From Macrostomum hystrix (taxonomy: Eukaryota; Animalia; Platyhelminthes): 64,000 nucleotides of DNA. Shown piece by piece: positions 53,590 through 64,000 of this stretch. Position 1 is the stretch's first letter; every line of letters begins with the position of its first letter. The stretch is from assembly GCA_950097015.1 (NCBI GenBank), contig CATNEN010000002.1:3782001-3846000 (forward strand), given 5' to 3'. The position numbers and the translations under genes are program-made. The notes beneath the pieces were generated by a model. That model was given only the letters and a program-made list of their open reading frames with translations, was not told the origin of the DNA and made no database searches.

Positions 53590-56500
53590 ATGACTCAGCC
53601 GTTGGATTTTCGACTTGGAGAACTGCCTCTTTCTTATCCCGAGATCGAGCAGTATTTCAAAAGACTGCAGTTTTACCTGGTGGCTTCAGGGAAGCAAGCT
53701 CACTCCAAAGCAGTACTTCTAGCGACATGCGGAGACGCAGCCTTCACACTGATAGAAGAGCTTGCAAAGCCAAAAGACATCACGAAGGAGGAAGTAACGT
53801 TCGATGATATCCAGAATTCGCTAACCGCACATTTTAAGCCCAAAACATTGCTTCACTATGAGAGACACGTGCTTCACTCCATGGTGCAAAAGGAGGGTGA
53901 ATCGATTGCTACCTACATCGAATGTCTGAAGCGCCAAGCCAACAAATGCAGATTCGGTGATCTCCGAGACGAACTAATTCTGTCGCAGTACATATTTGGC
54001 TTGCGGAATCAAGTGCTAAAGCAAAAGCTTCTTTCAAGAGAGGATGTCACTTTGGAAGGCGCGATACAAGAAGGTTTGCTGTCTGAGTCGATTAGGATGG
54101 CAACAAGCAAGCCGGATACAATCGCGGCGGTGCAGAAGAAGAGTCATTCCGGATGGGTAAGACCAGAAAAGACGCCTGCCCACAAGCAGCAGCACAGTTT
54201 GGACAACCGCAAAGGACCGACAAAGCCTCGTGAAACTGGTCACTGCCACACATGTGGAAAAGCAGGACACGTCAGGTCAAAGTGCCGATTTAGGGATGCG
54301 CAGTGCCGAAAGTGTGGGAAGGTTGGACACCTGGCAGCAGTTTGTCGCTCCAAGACCGTTAATACTCTGCAGAACGTGTGCCGATCAGAGGATTCTAGCC
54401 ATGGGCATGTAGGAGCAATCTACGCGACAACCGACATCGGAGATCGTCATTCAACGGATCAGTGGTTTGTTACATGCAAGATTGGAGACGCGAGTGCTAA
54501 GATGTTGGTAGATACAGGCAGTCAAGTTACCATCATACCCAAGCACGTTGCTGACGGTTCCAATCTGAAATTCAAACCAGTTACTAAAACGCTTAAGTCG
54601 TACGGCGGATTCCAGCCAGAAATATACTCAGTCATTCAGGATGCAACGATTACTCTGTCCGATGGAAGATCTGCCACGGGAAAAGTGTATGTAGGCAGCG
54701 ATTTATTGGCTATACTGGGAATGGATTTCCTGTCGCGCCTGCACATACTACACATCGACGGAAGTATTTCAGAAGATCTTCTTTGCATGCCAGTGGTGCG
54801 TGATGCAAATTCGAGATTTCTCGCGAGTTTCCGCCTCCGCTCAGATGCTAGAACGGACGGCATGCGATATCCAGCCAGATCTTTGCCCTTTTCTATGAAG
54901 TCCATGGTTGAGACCGAGCTCAAGCGACTGCTAAATGCAGGCATTATATATCCAGTGGAAGACCCAACCGTTTCTGCGCCAATTGTTCCAGTTTTAAAGC
55001 AGCAAGGCTCAGCGAGACCAATACGTCTATGTGGCGACTACTCAGTCACGCTTAATCGCATAATCGATGCCGATCGCTACAAGCTTCCAAAGCTAGAAGA
55101 AATCCTTTCTAAAATTCCTAATGCCAAGTACTATTCAGTCTTGGATTTAGAAGACGCGTTTCTTCAAGTTGCGCTTTCTCCTGAGAGCCAGAAACTTACC
55201 TGCATATCTACGCACCTGGGCTACTTCGCTTTCAAAAATCTTCAGTTTGGAATTTCCGCAGCACCATTAATCTTCCAAGAAGTCATGGATGATGTGCTCA
55301 GAAACGTAGAATGCACTGCTTCGTATCAAGACGATATAATAATTGGAACTCCCGGAGACCGACAACAACACATCCTGGTGCTAAACAAGGTAAAGCAGCG
55401 TTTGGCTGACAATGGGTTCAAGATTAACGCCCGCAAGTCACAGGAATGCCTACAAAGCGTCAAGTTTCTCGGGTTCATTATCCACAACGGCAAGCTCGAG
55501 CCTGATCCAGCGAGAATAGAAGCATGGGAAAATATGCCAGATCCCACTGATAAAGACCAATTAAAAAGCGCCTTGTGTACTCTTCGACACTACGGTCTGT
55601 TCTGCAAGAATTTTTCTATCATCGCTCGACCGTTGTATTCATTATTGAAGAAAGGACAGCACTGGTTCTGGAACAAAGAGCATTCACAGGCCTTCAAGAG
55701 ATTGAAGCAAAGTATCCGACAAGGAGCGATAACTGCTTACGACTCGTCAAAGCGTCTGTTTCTGACTTGTGATGCGTCAAAGGATGGATTGGGGTTCGTG
55801 CTCTCTCATGACAGAGAGCAGAGACAGATTGTTTGGCTCGGAAGCAGAGTGCTCACACCCGCAGAGGGTAATTATGCAAATATCGAACGAGAGGCGCTGG
55901 CTATCGTCGAAGGAGTTAAGTATTTCCACCAGTTTCTCGCCGGAAGAAGATTTACAATTCTATCAGACCACAGACCGCTTCAGTTCATTTTCGATCACCA
56001 TAAATCTTCTGAACGTGTTTCCGCCAGGCTTCAACGCTGGTCGCTCATTCTACGAGCGTATGACTACAAGATCGAATATTCCAAAGGCGATTCGATGTAC
56101 GCCGCTGATACTCTGTCGCGACTTCCAAATGGCAATTGCATAACGACGGAATCCGTCAACCTACTGTCAATAAATGCCCTGGACACTTTTGCGAATTCCG
56201 AAGATCTACTGCGTCGAATTGCTAAGACGAATGACTGCCATCTGCAGACACTGAAGCATTACATTCAGGGTGGATGGCCGGAGTACTTACCGAAAGTCAT
56301 GTTGCCTTACTCAAAAGGGAAGCTTGAGTATACTATTCAGAACGGTGTTGTGTTTAAAGGATTGCGGATCGTTCCACCCAGTGAATTACGAACGGAAATT
56401 TTACACCTGCTCCATGAAAATCATCCCGGAGTTGTGCGCATGATTCGTTTGGCACGACAGTATTTCTGGTGGCCAGGAATCGACACGCAGATAAACTGCT

Positions 56501-57375
56501 TCGTTCGAAGGTGTGCACAGTGTCAGCTTCACGCAAGAAAGCGAACTAACTCCAATTTATCCTCTTGGGAAGATGCGCAGACGTTCTTCGAGAGAGTACA
56601 CGCAGACGTCGCGATATTCAAAGGACACCGATTCCTAGTGCTAGTAGACGCATTCTCGAAGTGGGCGGATGTTCGGCATATCGATTCAATGAAATCGCAA
56701 TCTGTAATTCGGGCATTTCGACAAACATTTAATTACATGGGTCTCCCACAAACCTTGGTGACAGACAACGGTACAAATTTCACGTCCGCCGAATTCGCCA
56801 CGTTCCTAAAGGAGAACTTCGTTCAGCACCTTCTGACTCCTCCAGGTCACCATCAGTCGAATGGGCAAGTGGAGCGGATAATAGAAGAGTTTAAATTTCA
56901 TCTAAAGAAGTCAAACGCTACTTCTGACGCGGCTGAACTAGAGCGAATTGCAATCGCGTTCTGTCTGTTTCACAATACTACACCGCAATGCAATGGTTCT
57001 ATTCCTGCTGGTTTGGTGTTTCTTCAACTGCCAAGAACTCGCTTGTCAAGAGTGTGCACTGACTGGATTCAACCTCGACTACAAGCCGAACCAGTCTTCA
57101 TTCGTGTGGAACACAAGGAAGAGAGGGTTCCGTCAATGATTACTACTTCCGTCGGAACCAATACCTTTCGTGACGACAAGGGTCGACTGGTACATCAATC
57201 GGATATTATACCAAAGCTTCATGACGTGACTGACGGATCTGATTCCGACCAAAATCAAAAACCCGTCTCGGAGGAAAAAACTACCGACGTCACGGCTAAT
57301 CAAGCTACGGAAACGGCGCAAGAACTGAGGCGGAGTTCTCGCCAACGTCGACCCCCTGATCGTTTGGGTTACTGA
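53590..57375 (+). CDS. Gag-Pol polyprotein (two CCHC knuckles, aspartic protease, RT, RNase H, DDE integrase)
   Basis: CHTCGKAGHVRSKC and CRKCGKVGHLAAVC; LVDTGS; LDLEDAF...YQDD; TCDASKDG...IEREALAI; HENHPG...CAQC; HAD...TDNGTNF...GQVER. About 1261 aa with no stop codon. Confidence 0.96.
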   Translation: MTQPLDFRLGELPLSYPEIEQYFKRLQFYLVASGKQAHSKAVLLATCGDAAFTLIEELAKPKDITKEEVTFDDIQNSLTAHFKPKTLLHYERHVLHSMVQKEGESIATYIECLKRQANKCRFGDLRDELILSQYIFGLRNQVLKQKLLSREDVTLEGAIQEGLLSESIRMATSKPDTIAAVQKKSHSGWVRPEKTPAHKQQHSLDNRKGPTKPRETGHCHTCGKAGHVRSKCRFRDAQCRKCGKVGHLAAVCRSKTVNTLQNVCRSEDSSHGHVGAIYATTDIGDRHSTDQWFVTCKIGDASAKMLVDTGSQVTIIPKHVADGSNLKFKPVTKTLKSYGGFQPEIYSVIQDATITLSDGRSATGKVYVGSDLLAILGMDFLSRLHILHIDGSISEDLLCMPVVRDANSRFLASFRLRSDARTDGMRYPARSLPFSMKSMVETELKRLLNAGIIYPVEDPTVSAPIVPVLKQQGSARPIRLCGDYSVTLNRIIDADRYKLPKLEEILSKIPNAKYYSVLDLEDAFLQVALSPESQKLTCISTHLGYFAFKNLQFGISAAPLIFQEVMDDVLRNVECTASYQDDIIIGTPGDRQQHILVLNKVKQRLADNGFKINARKSQECLQSVKFLGFIIHNGKLEPDPARIEAWENMPDPTDKDQLKSALCTLRHYGLFCKNFSIIARPLYSLLKKGQHWFWNKEHSQAFKRLKQSIRQGAITAYDSSKRLFLTCDASKDGLGFVLSHDREQRQIVWLGSRVLTPAEGNYANIEREALAIVEGVKYFHQFLAGRRFTILSDHRPLQFIFDHHKSSERVSARLQRWSLILRAYDYKIEYSKGDSMYAADTLSRLPNGNCITTESVNLLSINALDTFANSEDLLRRIAKTNDCHLQTLKHYIQGGWPEYLPKVMLPYSKGKLEYTIQNGVVFKGLRIVPPSELRTEILHLLHENHPGVVRMIRLARQYFWWPGIDTQINCFVRRCAQCQLHARKRTNSNLSSWEDAQTFFERVHADVAIFKGHRFLVLVDAFSKWADVRHIDSMKSQSVIRAFRQTFNYMGLPQTLVTDNGTNFTSAEFATFLKENFVQHLLTPPGHHQSNGQVERIIEEFKFHLKKSNATSDAAELERIAIAFCLFHNTTPQCNGSIPAGLVFLQLPRTRLSRVCTDWIQPRLQAEPVFIRVEHKEERVPSMITTSVGTNTFRDDKGRLVHQSDIIPKLHDVTDGSDSDQNQKPVSEEKTTDVTANQATETAQELRRSSRQRRPPDRLGY

Positions 57376-57397
57376 CGTTTTTCAGCATCGGTGGGGG

Positions 57398-57635
57398 TGT
57401 TGCATATGCTGCATGCTATGCTGATTTATTTATAGACTTATTCTCGTCTAAAAGTAGTCTATGTGCCATTGAGGCAAAATGCTACTGTACATCTTGTTTG
57501 CTAGAAGCTTCAATGCCCCTTAAGGGTAAAGAAATATAACAGCGAGCTTTAGGCTCATGCCAACTTGGAGCTGCTCTAATAACGCTCTTCTGCAATTCAC
57601 AAACCCAAGTGCCTTCGTGTTCCTCAAACGTAACA
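57398..57635 (+). repeat. 3' LTR (238 bp)
   Basis: Same sequence as 53282-53519, preceded by ggtggggg (polypurine-tract-like, 57390-57397). Confidence 0.96.
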
Positions 57636-57659
57636 CTGACAATGGCGAGTTTAACACGC

Positions 57660-58812
57660 TCTGCTGACACAAACTGACAGCGAGTTTGACACAATTTACT
57701 GACACAAACTGACAGCGAGTTTGACACAATTTACTGACACAAACTGACAGCGAGTTTGACACAATTTACTGACACAAACTGACAGCGAGTTTGACACAAT
57801 TTACTGACACAAACTGACAGCGAGTTTGACACAATTTACTGACACAAACTAACAGCGAGTTTGACACAATTTACTGACACAAACTGACAGCGAGTTTGAC
57901 ACAATTTACTGACACAAACTAACAGCGAGTTTGACACAATTTACTGACACAAACTGACAGCGAGTTTGACACAATTTACTGACACAAACTGACAGCGAGT
58001 TTGACACAATTTACTGGCACAAACTGACAGCGAGTTTGACAGAATTTACTGGCACAAACTGACAGCGAGTTTGACACAATTTACTGGCACAAACTGACAG
58101 CGAGTTTGACACAATTTACTGACACAAACTGACAGCGAGTTTGACACAATTTACTGACACAAACTGACAGCGAGTTTGACACAATTTACTGGCACAAACT
58201 GACAGCGAGTTTGACACAATTTACTGGCACAAACTGACAGCGAGTTTGACACAATTTACTGGCACAAACTAACAGCGAGTTTGACACAATTTACTGACAC
58301 AAACTGACAGCAAGTTCGACACAATTTACTGGCACAAACTGACAGCAAGTTCGACACAATTTACTGGCACAAACTGACAGCGAGTTTGACACAATTTACT
58401 GGCACAAACTGACAGCGAGTTTGACACAATTTACTGACACAAACTGACAGCGAGTTTGACACAATTTACTGACACAAACTAACAGCGAGTTTGACACAAT
58501 TTACTGGCACAAACTGACAGCGAGTTTGACACAATTTACTGACACAAACTGACAGCGAGTTTGACACAATTTACTGACACAAACTAACAGCGAGTTTGAC
58601 ACAATTTACTGGCACAAACTGACAGCGAGTTTGACACAATTTACTGACACAAACTGACAGCGAGTTTGACACAATTTACTGGCACAAACTAACAGCGAGT
58701 TTGACACAATTTACTGGCACAAACTGACAGCGAGTTTGACACAATTTACTGGCACAAACTAACAGCGAGTTTGACACAATTTACTGGCACAAACTAACAG
58801 CGAGTTTGACAC
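57660..58812. repeat. 35-bp minisatellite (ctgacacaaactgacagcgagtttgacacaattta)
   Basis: About 33 units; a degenerate unit lies on the far side of the LTR element (53256-53281). Confidence 0.96.
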
Positions 58813-60353
58813 GTGATCTTCTGCCAAACCAATTAGATACATTTTCTCTTGCCTGAAAGAAAGACTATTTAAAAATATATATTTTGGTTCAGGGATCTGA
58901 CGACAGAATGGAAAATTAGAAAGGCCTTAGCCCAGTTCCTTTATCCGTTTTCCCAACTGATTCATTTCTGCCTCATCAAACCGAGTCTGTTTCAAATCCC
59001 TAATTTATTCTTTCTATTCTCCAGTGGCTGATTGGGGATAAATCAGGCTGTATCGCGCGAGCTTGGTTTTGCTTTTATCAATTCCAGCGAGCCTCTAGCC
59101 ATATAAGAACTATAAAATAAATATAGCTCATGAATATTAGGAGAGATTTACTTATGCAGTATGGACGAAATGTGGCTGCGCGGATGTTGGCTCTGCTGAG
59201 ATGACGAGCTCATCAAAGCAAAGGGATCGGGGGATAAAAAAGGAGCAAATTCAGCCTTATATTTCTAGCTATATACAGCACGCGTGCGTGGGCGTTATAG
59301 CCAGCAATCCATGCCTTTATATTGCGTGTTAGATAAGCTGAAACCTGCACTGTACATGCTGGCATCTTTTTTGCGCGTCATCTGAATTCATGCTAGTTAT
59401 TAGTAAATTATGCATTGCACTTCTATTTACTACTCACAGTAAGTTAGTACAGCTTCAGCAGCCAACGTTCATATTAGTAGCTGTACGTGTACTATCACAA
59501 ATAATATCGTGCACGTCCCATTTAATTTCATTTATATTCAAAACTCTAAGTTTAAACACTACCTCTCGTAAAATTGTAAACATGTAATTACTGGAGCTTG
59601 GCTGTAGTTCCAGAGAAATACTCTGCCTAACTTCTTTATATACTTTTTATACTGCGATATTTATAAGAGTGCTTCATTTTTTATTCCAAACTTCATGATG
59701 CAATTATTCAACTTCGAAATATTTCGTATGTATGTTTGAACGGTATAAGTACTAATTAAACTACCAAAACTACGTACTGATTAAAACGATTAACGGATTT
59801 TTCCACACAAATTAATTTGCAGCCGTTAGCAAAACCATCTTAATATAAGTTATGTGAACGAAGTACAAGTGGAATAGAGTTTCTTTTTAATTATCAGTAG
59901 CCATAAAGCTGACGTTACTTGTCTTCTAATATACTTTAATTTCCAATCAAAGTCAACAACCAATTAAATAAGCATTAAAATAGACTTTTTAACGGTTACA
60001 AAGATAAACAAACATTTCTACACTGCTACATAATTTTTAAAAGGCAAAGTTTGTATTTACAAGTTAGCGTAAAGTTAGTATTTTTGATAACTTTTTTAAT
60101 TTTGCATCAACTTACGAGATCACTATGTGTGACTCACACACACTTTTAAATTCTATAAAATGTAAAATGGTACCTAACGTTAAAAGAATTGAATTTTATC
60201 ATCTTACATTTAATATGTCCTTGATGTTTCTGACTCACTATCCTGGATAATAAAAATCTAAATACCTAATGAAGACTACCGCTAGAATTTTTTTACCGCC
60301 AAAAATATACCTCCGTGGTGGGATAAAAATGTAGTAACGAGTGGTTGCAATGA

Positions 60354-61539
60354 ATGCCTCACTACCCAACAGTGTCTTTCAACACTTTTGGTGCTTCATG
60401 TAAACTGCATCTAGCATTAACTACATTATTTTTTGTTGCCGGCACTCGTTACTGCAGCAATCCCTGGCTCTGCAAGCAGCTAAAGCCATTAACTAGCCAG
60501 CTGCCCTTTGAATCAAGCCAAGATTTGACAAACCCTCTTAAAGACAAAGGTTCAAAATTCGAACAAAAACTACCATTAGGTTAACTAAGTTGCCTAAAAT
60601 TTATTGAGTAATTGTTTTTTTATTAATTTTGCATCAAACAAAGTCAAAATAAACCTTTATATTTATTGTATATATCATTTCAATAATAACCATTTGAATC
60701 AGAAGATTCAGTAGCCAATATCCTTATATTGCTATACAGGCCTATGCCTATCCAAATTCAGACACATTCAACTAGCCTTGTGCTTATGTAGGCCATTTTA
60801 CTGTTCATATAGCTATCTACAATTCTGTTACATTTTTTACCAAAAACTGAGCTGAAAGTCATGAGTTAGGCCTAACTTGTCTTTAGTTAGTTTATTAGGC
60901 AATGATTTAGACAATTAGATAATAGTCCCATTATCTAATGCTTTTGTACTTATGCCAATATTTCCCACCTATATTAATGCAGTAAAGTTTATGTTATACT
61001 GGATAATACCTTTATTATGTGTGCAATACCTATCACAGCTTATCTGTATGGTTGCATACACTGACTCTGGGACTTATAGGAAATCCCAAATAAAGTTAGA
61101 CATTTTTTTGTAATCAAGCACAGAAATATCCATTAATAAAGCTACACTTTTTGAGTAAAGTGCTATGGATTGTGTGAAACTTAACTTAGTATTTTCCTGG
61201 CACCATCCTGAAGGCTGAAGCCAACTATCAATGATTAGAATAGCAAAAACTCAAGTAAGCGAGACTCTGGACAAGTAGTGCCTACATTGCCAATTGTGAG
61301 TAGCCTATGTACCTGAGTATTCTTGAGAATAATTATAGCAGGGCAAATTCGTTCAATCTAACGCTTGCCAAGACACTTTTTATAAGCAGATGGCAGAAGA
61401 ACTCAAGCTAAAGAGTGGCCAGTATTATACAAAATGGGTAGCTCATCTCCTAGCTGTAATGGATCTGCTCGAAAATGATGCCTCTCGAATGACAGGCTTG
61501 AAACCAAGCTCTGCCTTAAAACATGATAATCTGCCTTAG
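60354..61539 (+). pseudogene. Decayed Polinton/Maverick (adintovirus)-type retroviral-like integrase fragments
   Basis: 61349-61539 reads SFNLTLAKTLF/(1-nt frameshift in T run)YKQMAEELKLKSGQYYTKWVAHLLAVMDLLENDASRMTGLKPSSALK, matching the recalled family pattern FN.TLA..LF..Q.A.E.......W...L..V......MTG.KP..A.K. 60354-60584 has MPH...ALT...A.TRY...DKGSKF (cf. LPHD...YALTVVDVASRY...DNGSEF). Recognised from memory; no search was run. Confidence 0.55.
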
Positions 61540-62020
61540 CCTTAGCTCTGCCTTAAAACTATCAAAACACTCTCCAACCCAACTCACTATCCTAAGCTAC
61601 CTCATACATGTGCAACCTCCCAAATCTTAGCTGGCTGTACAACTTAGTTTTTGCTCTATTTATGACTTAGTTCGTTTCATTGCTCTATTTACAACTTAGT
61701 TTGCTCTCATTTGCTCTCTTTTTCTCTCCCCTTTTTCCTCTTCTTCACACCTTCCTTTTTTGTCCCCCTTTGATTTTTTTGTGCTTGGTTGATTGGTTTT
61801 TCGCGACTTACCTTGCTTGGCCCTCGTTTCACCCGGCCAGTTCAGACAGGTCAGCCAGGTGTTGCGCATGTATGAGCTACCTGGTGCTGTTAAGAACCTG
61901 CTTTATAGAACAGTGAATATATTTTGCTATTCAGGTTTATGAGTGACTTGTAATAAATTAATCAATTGACTTTTATTTATGGCAAAAATAGATCAGTATA
62001 TCAGTATTGTGCCAGTGCAG

Positions 62021-64000
62021 GTAGTGGGTGAGACGTCAGTGGAGGCAGTGGGTGAGATGCCAGTGGAGGCAGTGGGTGAGATGCCAGTGGAGACAATCGG
62101 TGAGATGTCAGTGGAGGCAGTGGGTGAGATGCCAGTGGAGACAATAGGTGAGATGCCAGTGGAGACAATAGGTGAGATGCCAGTGGAGACAATAGGTGAG
62201 ATGCCAGTGGAGACAATAGGTCAGATGCCATTGGAGGCAGTGGGTGAGATGCCAGTGGAGGCAGTGGGTGAGATGCCAGTGGAGGCAGTGGGTGAGATGC
62301 CAGTGGAGACAATAGGTGAGATGCCAGTGGAGGCAGTGGGTGAGATGCCAGTGGAGACAATAGGTGAAATGCCAGTGGAGGCAGTGGGTGAGATGCCAGT
62401 GGAGGCAGTGGGTGAGATGCCAGTGGAGGCAGTGGGTGAGATGCCAGTGGAGACAATAGGTGAAATGCCAGTGGAGGCAGTGGGTGAGATGTCAGTGGAG
62501 GCAGTGGGTGAGATGCCAGTGGAGACAATAGGTGAGATGTCAGTGGAGGCAGTGGGTGAGATGCCAGTGGAAGCAGTGGGTGAGATGCCAGTGGAGACAA
62601 TAGGTGAGATGTCAGTGGAGGCAGTGGGTGAGATGCCAGTGAAAGCAGTGGGTGAGATGCCAGTGGAGACAATAGGTGAGATGCCAGTGGAAGCAGTGGG
62701 TGAGATGTCAGTGGAGACAATAGGTGAAATGCCAGTGGAGGCAGTGGGTGAGATGCCAGTGGAGGCAGTGGGTGAGATGCCAGTGGAGGCAGTGGGTGAG
62801 ATGCCAGTGGAGACAATAGGTGAGATGTCAGTGGAGGCAGTGGGTGAGATGCCAGTGAAGACAATAGGTGAGATGTCAGTGGAGGCAGTGGGTGAGATGC
62901 CAGTGGAGACAATAGGTGAGATGTCAGTGGAGGCAGTGGGTGAGATGTCAGTGGAAGCAGTGGGTGAGATGCCAGTGGAGGCAGTGGGTGAGATGCCAGT
63001 GGAGACAATAGGTGAGATGCCAGTAGAGGCAGTGGGTGAGATGCCAGTGGAAGCAGTGGGTGAGATGCCAGTGGAGACAATAGGTGAGATGTCAGTGGAG
63101 GCAGTGGGTGAGATGCCAGTGAAGACAATAGGTGAGATGTCAGTGGAGGCAGTGGGTGAGATGCCAGTGGAGACAATAGGTGAGATGTCAGTGGAGGCAG
63201 TGGGTGAGATGTCAGTGGAGGCAGTGGGTGAGATGTCAGTGGAAGCAGTGGGTGAGATGCCAGTGGAGACAATAGGTGAGATGTCAGTGGAGGCAGTGGG
63301 TGAGATGCCAGTGAAGGCAGTGGGTGAGATGCCAGTGGAGGCAGTGGGTGAGATGCCAGTGGAGACAATAGGTGAGATGCCAGTAGAGGCAGTGGGTGAG
63401 ATGCCAGTGGAAGCAGTGGGTGAGATGCCAGTGGAGACAATAGGTGAGATGTCAGTGGAGGCAGTGGGTGAGATGCCAGTGGAAGCAGTGGGTGAGATGC
63501 CAGTGGAGACAATAGGTGAAATGCCAGTGGAGGCAGTGGGTGAGATGCCAGTGGAGGCAGTGGGTGAGATGCCAGTGGAGACAATAGGTGAGATGTCAGT
63601 GGAGGCAGTGGGTGAGATGCCAGTGGAAGCAGTGGGTGAGATGCCAGTGGAGACAATAGGTGAGATGTCAGTGGAGGCAGTGGGTGAGATGCCAGTGGAG
63701 GCAGTGGGTGAGATGTCAGTGGAGGCAGTGGGTGAGATGCCAGTGGAAGCAGTGGGTGAGATGTCAGTGGAGACAATAGGTGAAATGCCAGTGGAGGCAG
63801 TGGGTGAGATGCCAGTGGAGGCAGTGGGTGAGATGCCAGTGGAGGCAGTGGGTGAGATGCCAGTGGAGACAATAGGTGAGATGCCAGTGGAGGCAGTGGG
63901 TGAGATGCCAGTGGAGGCAGTGGGTGAGATGCCAGTGGAGACAATAGGTGAGATGTCAGTGGAGGCAGTGGGTGAGATGTCAGTGGAGGCAGTGAGTGAG
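62021..64000. repeat. 24-bp tandem repeat (gtggaggcagtgggtgagatgcca / gtggagacaataggtgagatgtca), runs off the window end
   Basis: More than 80 units with no indels; open reading frames on both strands. Confidence 0.97.

Larger units (their letters stand above)
53282..57635 (+). mobile_element. Full-length Ty3/Gypsy LTR retrotransposon, Mag-like, 4354 bp
   Basis: Two 238-bp TG...CA LTRs, CTGAC target-site duplication (53277-53281 / 57636-57640), PBS after the 5' LTR, purine tract before the 3' LTR, and a single gag-pol ORF in PR-RT-RH-IN order. Confidence 0.97.

Noticed and set aside
55312-55335. YQDD instead of YLDD/YVDD as a sign of an inactive or novel RT
   Set aside because: The second position of YxDD is variable among retroelements and both catalytic aspartates are present.
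62001-63944. 647-aa minus-strand PLASHPLP ORF
   Set aside because: Antisense reading of the 24-bp array, starting inside the repeat with no credible promoter or start context.

Overview
Eukaryotic (metazoan) genomic DNA with spliceosomal GT-AG introns, CAG/GCN-rich low-complexity exons and a very high minisatellite load. This style suggests a free-living flatworm such as Macrostomum, which is an inference only. Five host genes were reconstructed by hand with splice phases checked: an insulin receptor substrate (IRS/chico-like, +), a PHF20/PHF20L1/MBD-R2-like Tudor-C2H2-PHD chromatin reader (+), a TMEM59-like membrane protein (+), NUDT2 Ap4A hydrolase (+) and an RGS17/19/20 (RZ family) protein (-). 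There is one complete, apparently very young Ty3/Gypsy (Mag-like) LTR retrotransposon (identical-looking 238-bp LTRs, 5-bp TSD, intact gag-pol). Also present are tRNA-headed SINE-like copies, a decayed Polinton/Maverick-type integrase and about 30 unrelated tandem repeats. Most long ORFs in the supplied track are translations of these repeats. No prokaryotic system, CRISPR array or intact rRNA/tRNA gene was seen. The most unusual signals are: private minisatellites anchored next to splice donors in 12 of 15 coding introns; a splice-phase conflict in IRS that a minisatellite-derived acceptor would repair; a candidate N-terminally extended NUDT2 isoform behind an RFX X-box; a His-rich TMEM59 ectodomain; a duplicated GC-rich hairpin island; and an ATG-led (VEAVGEMP)n frame running off the window end.
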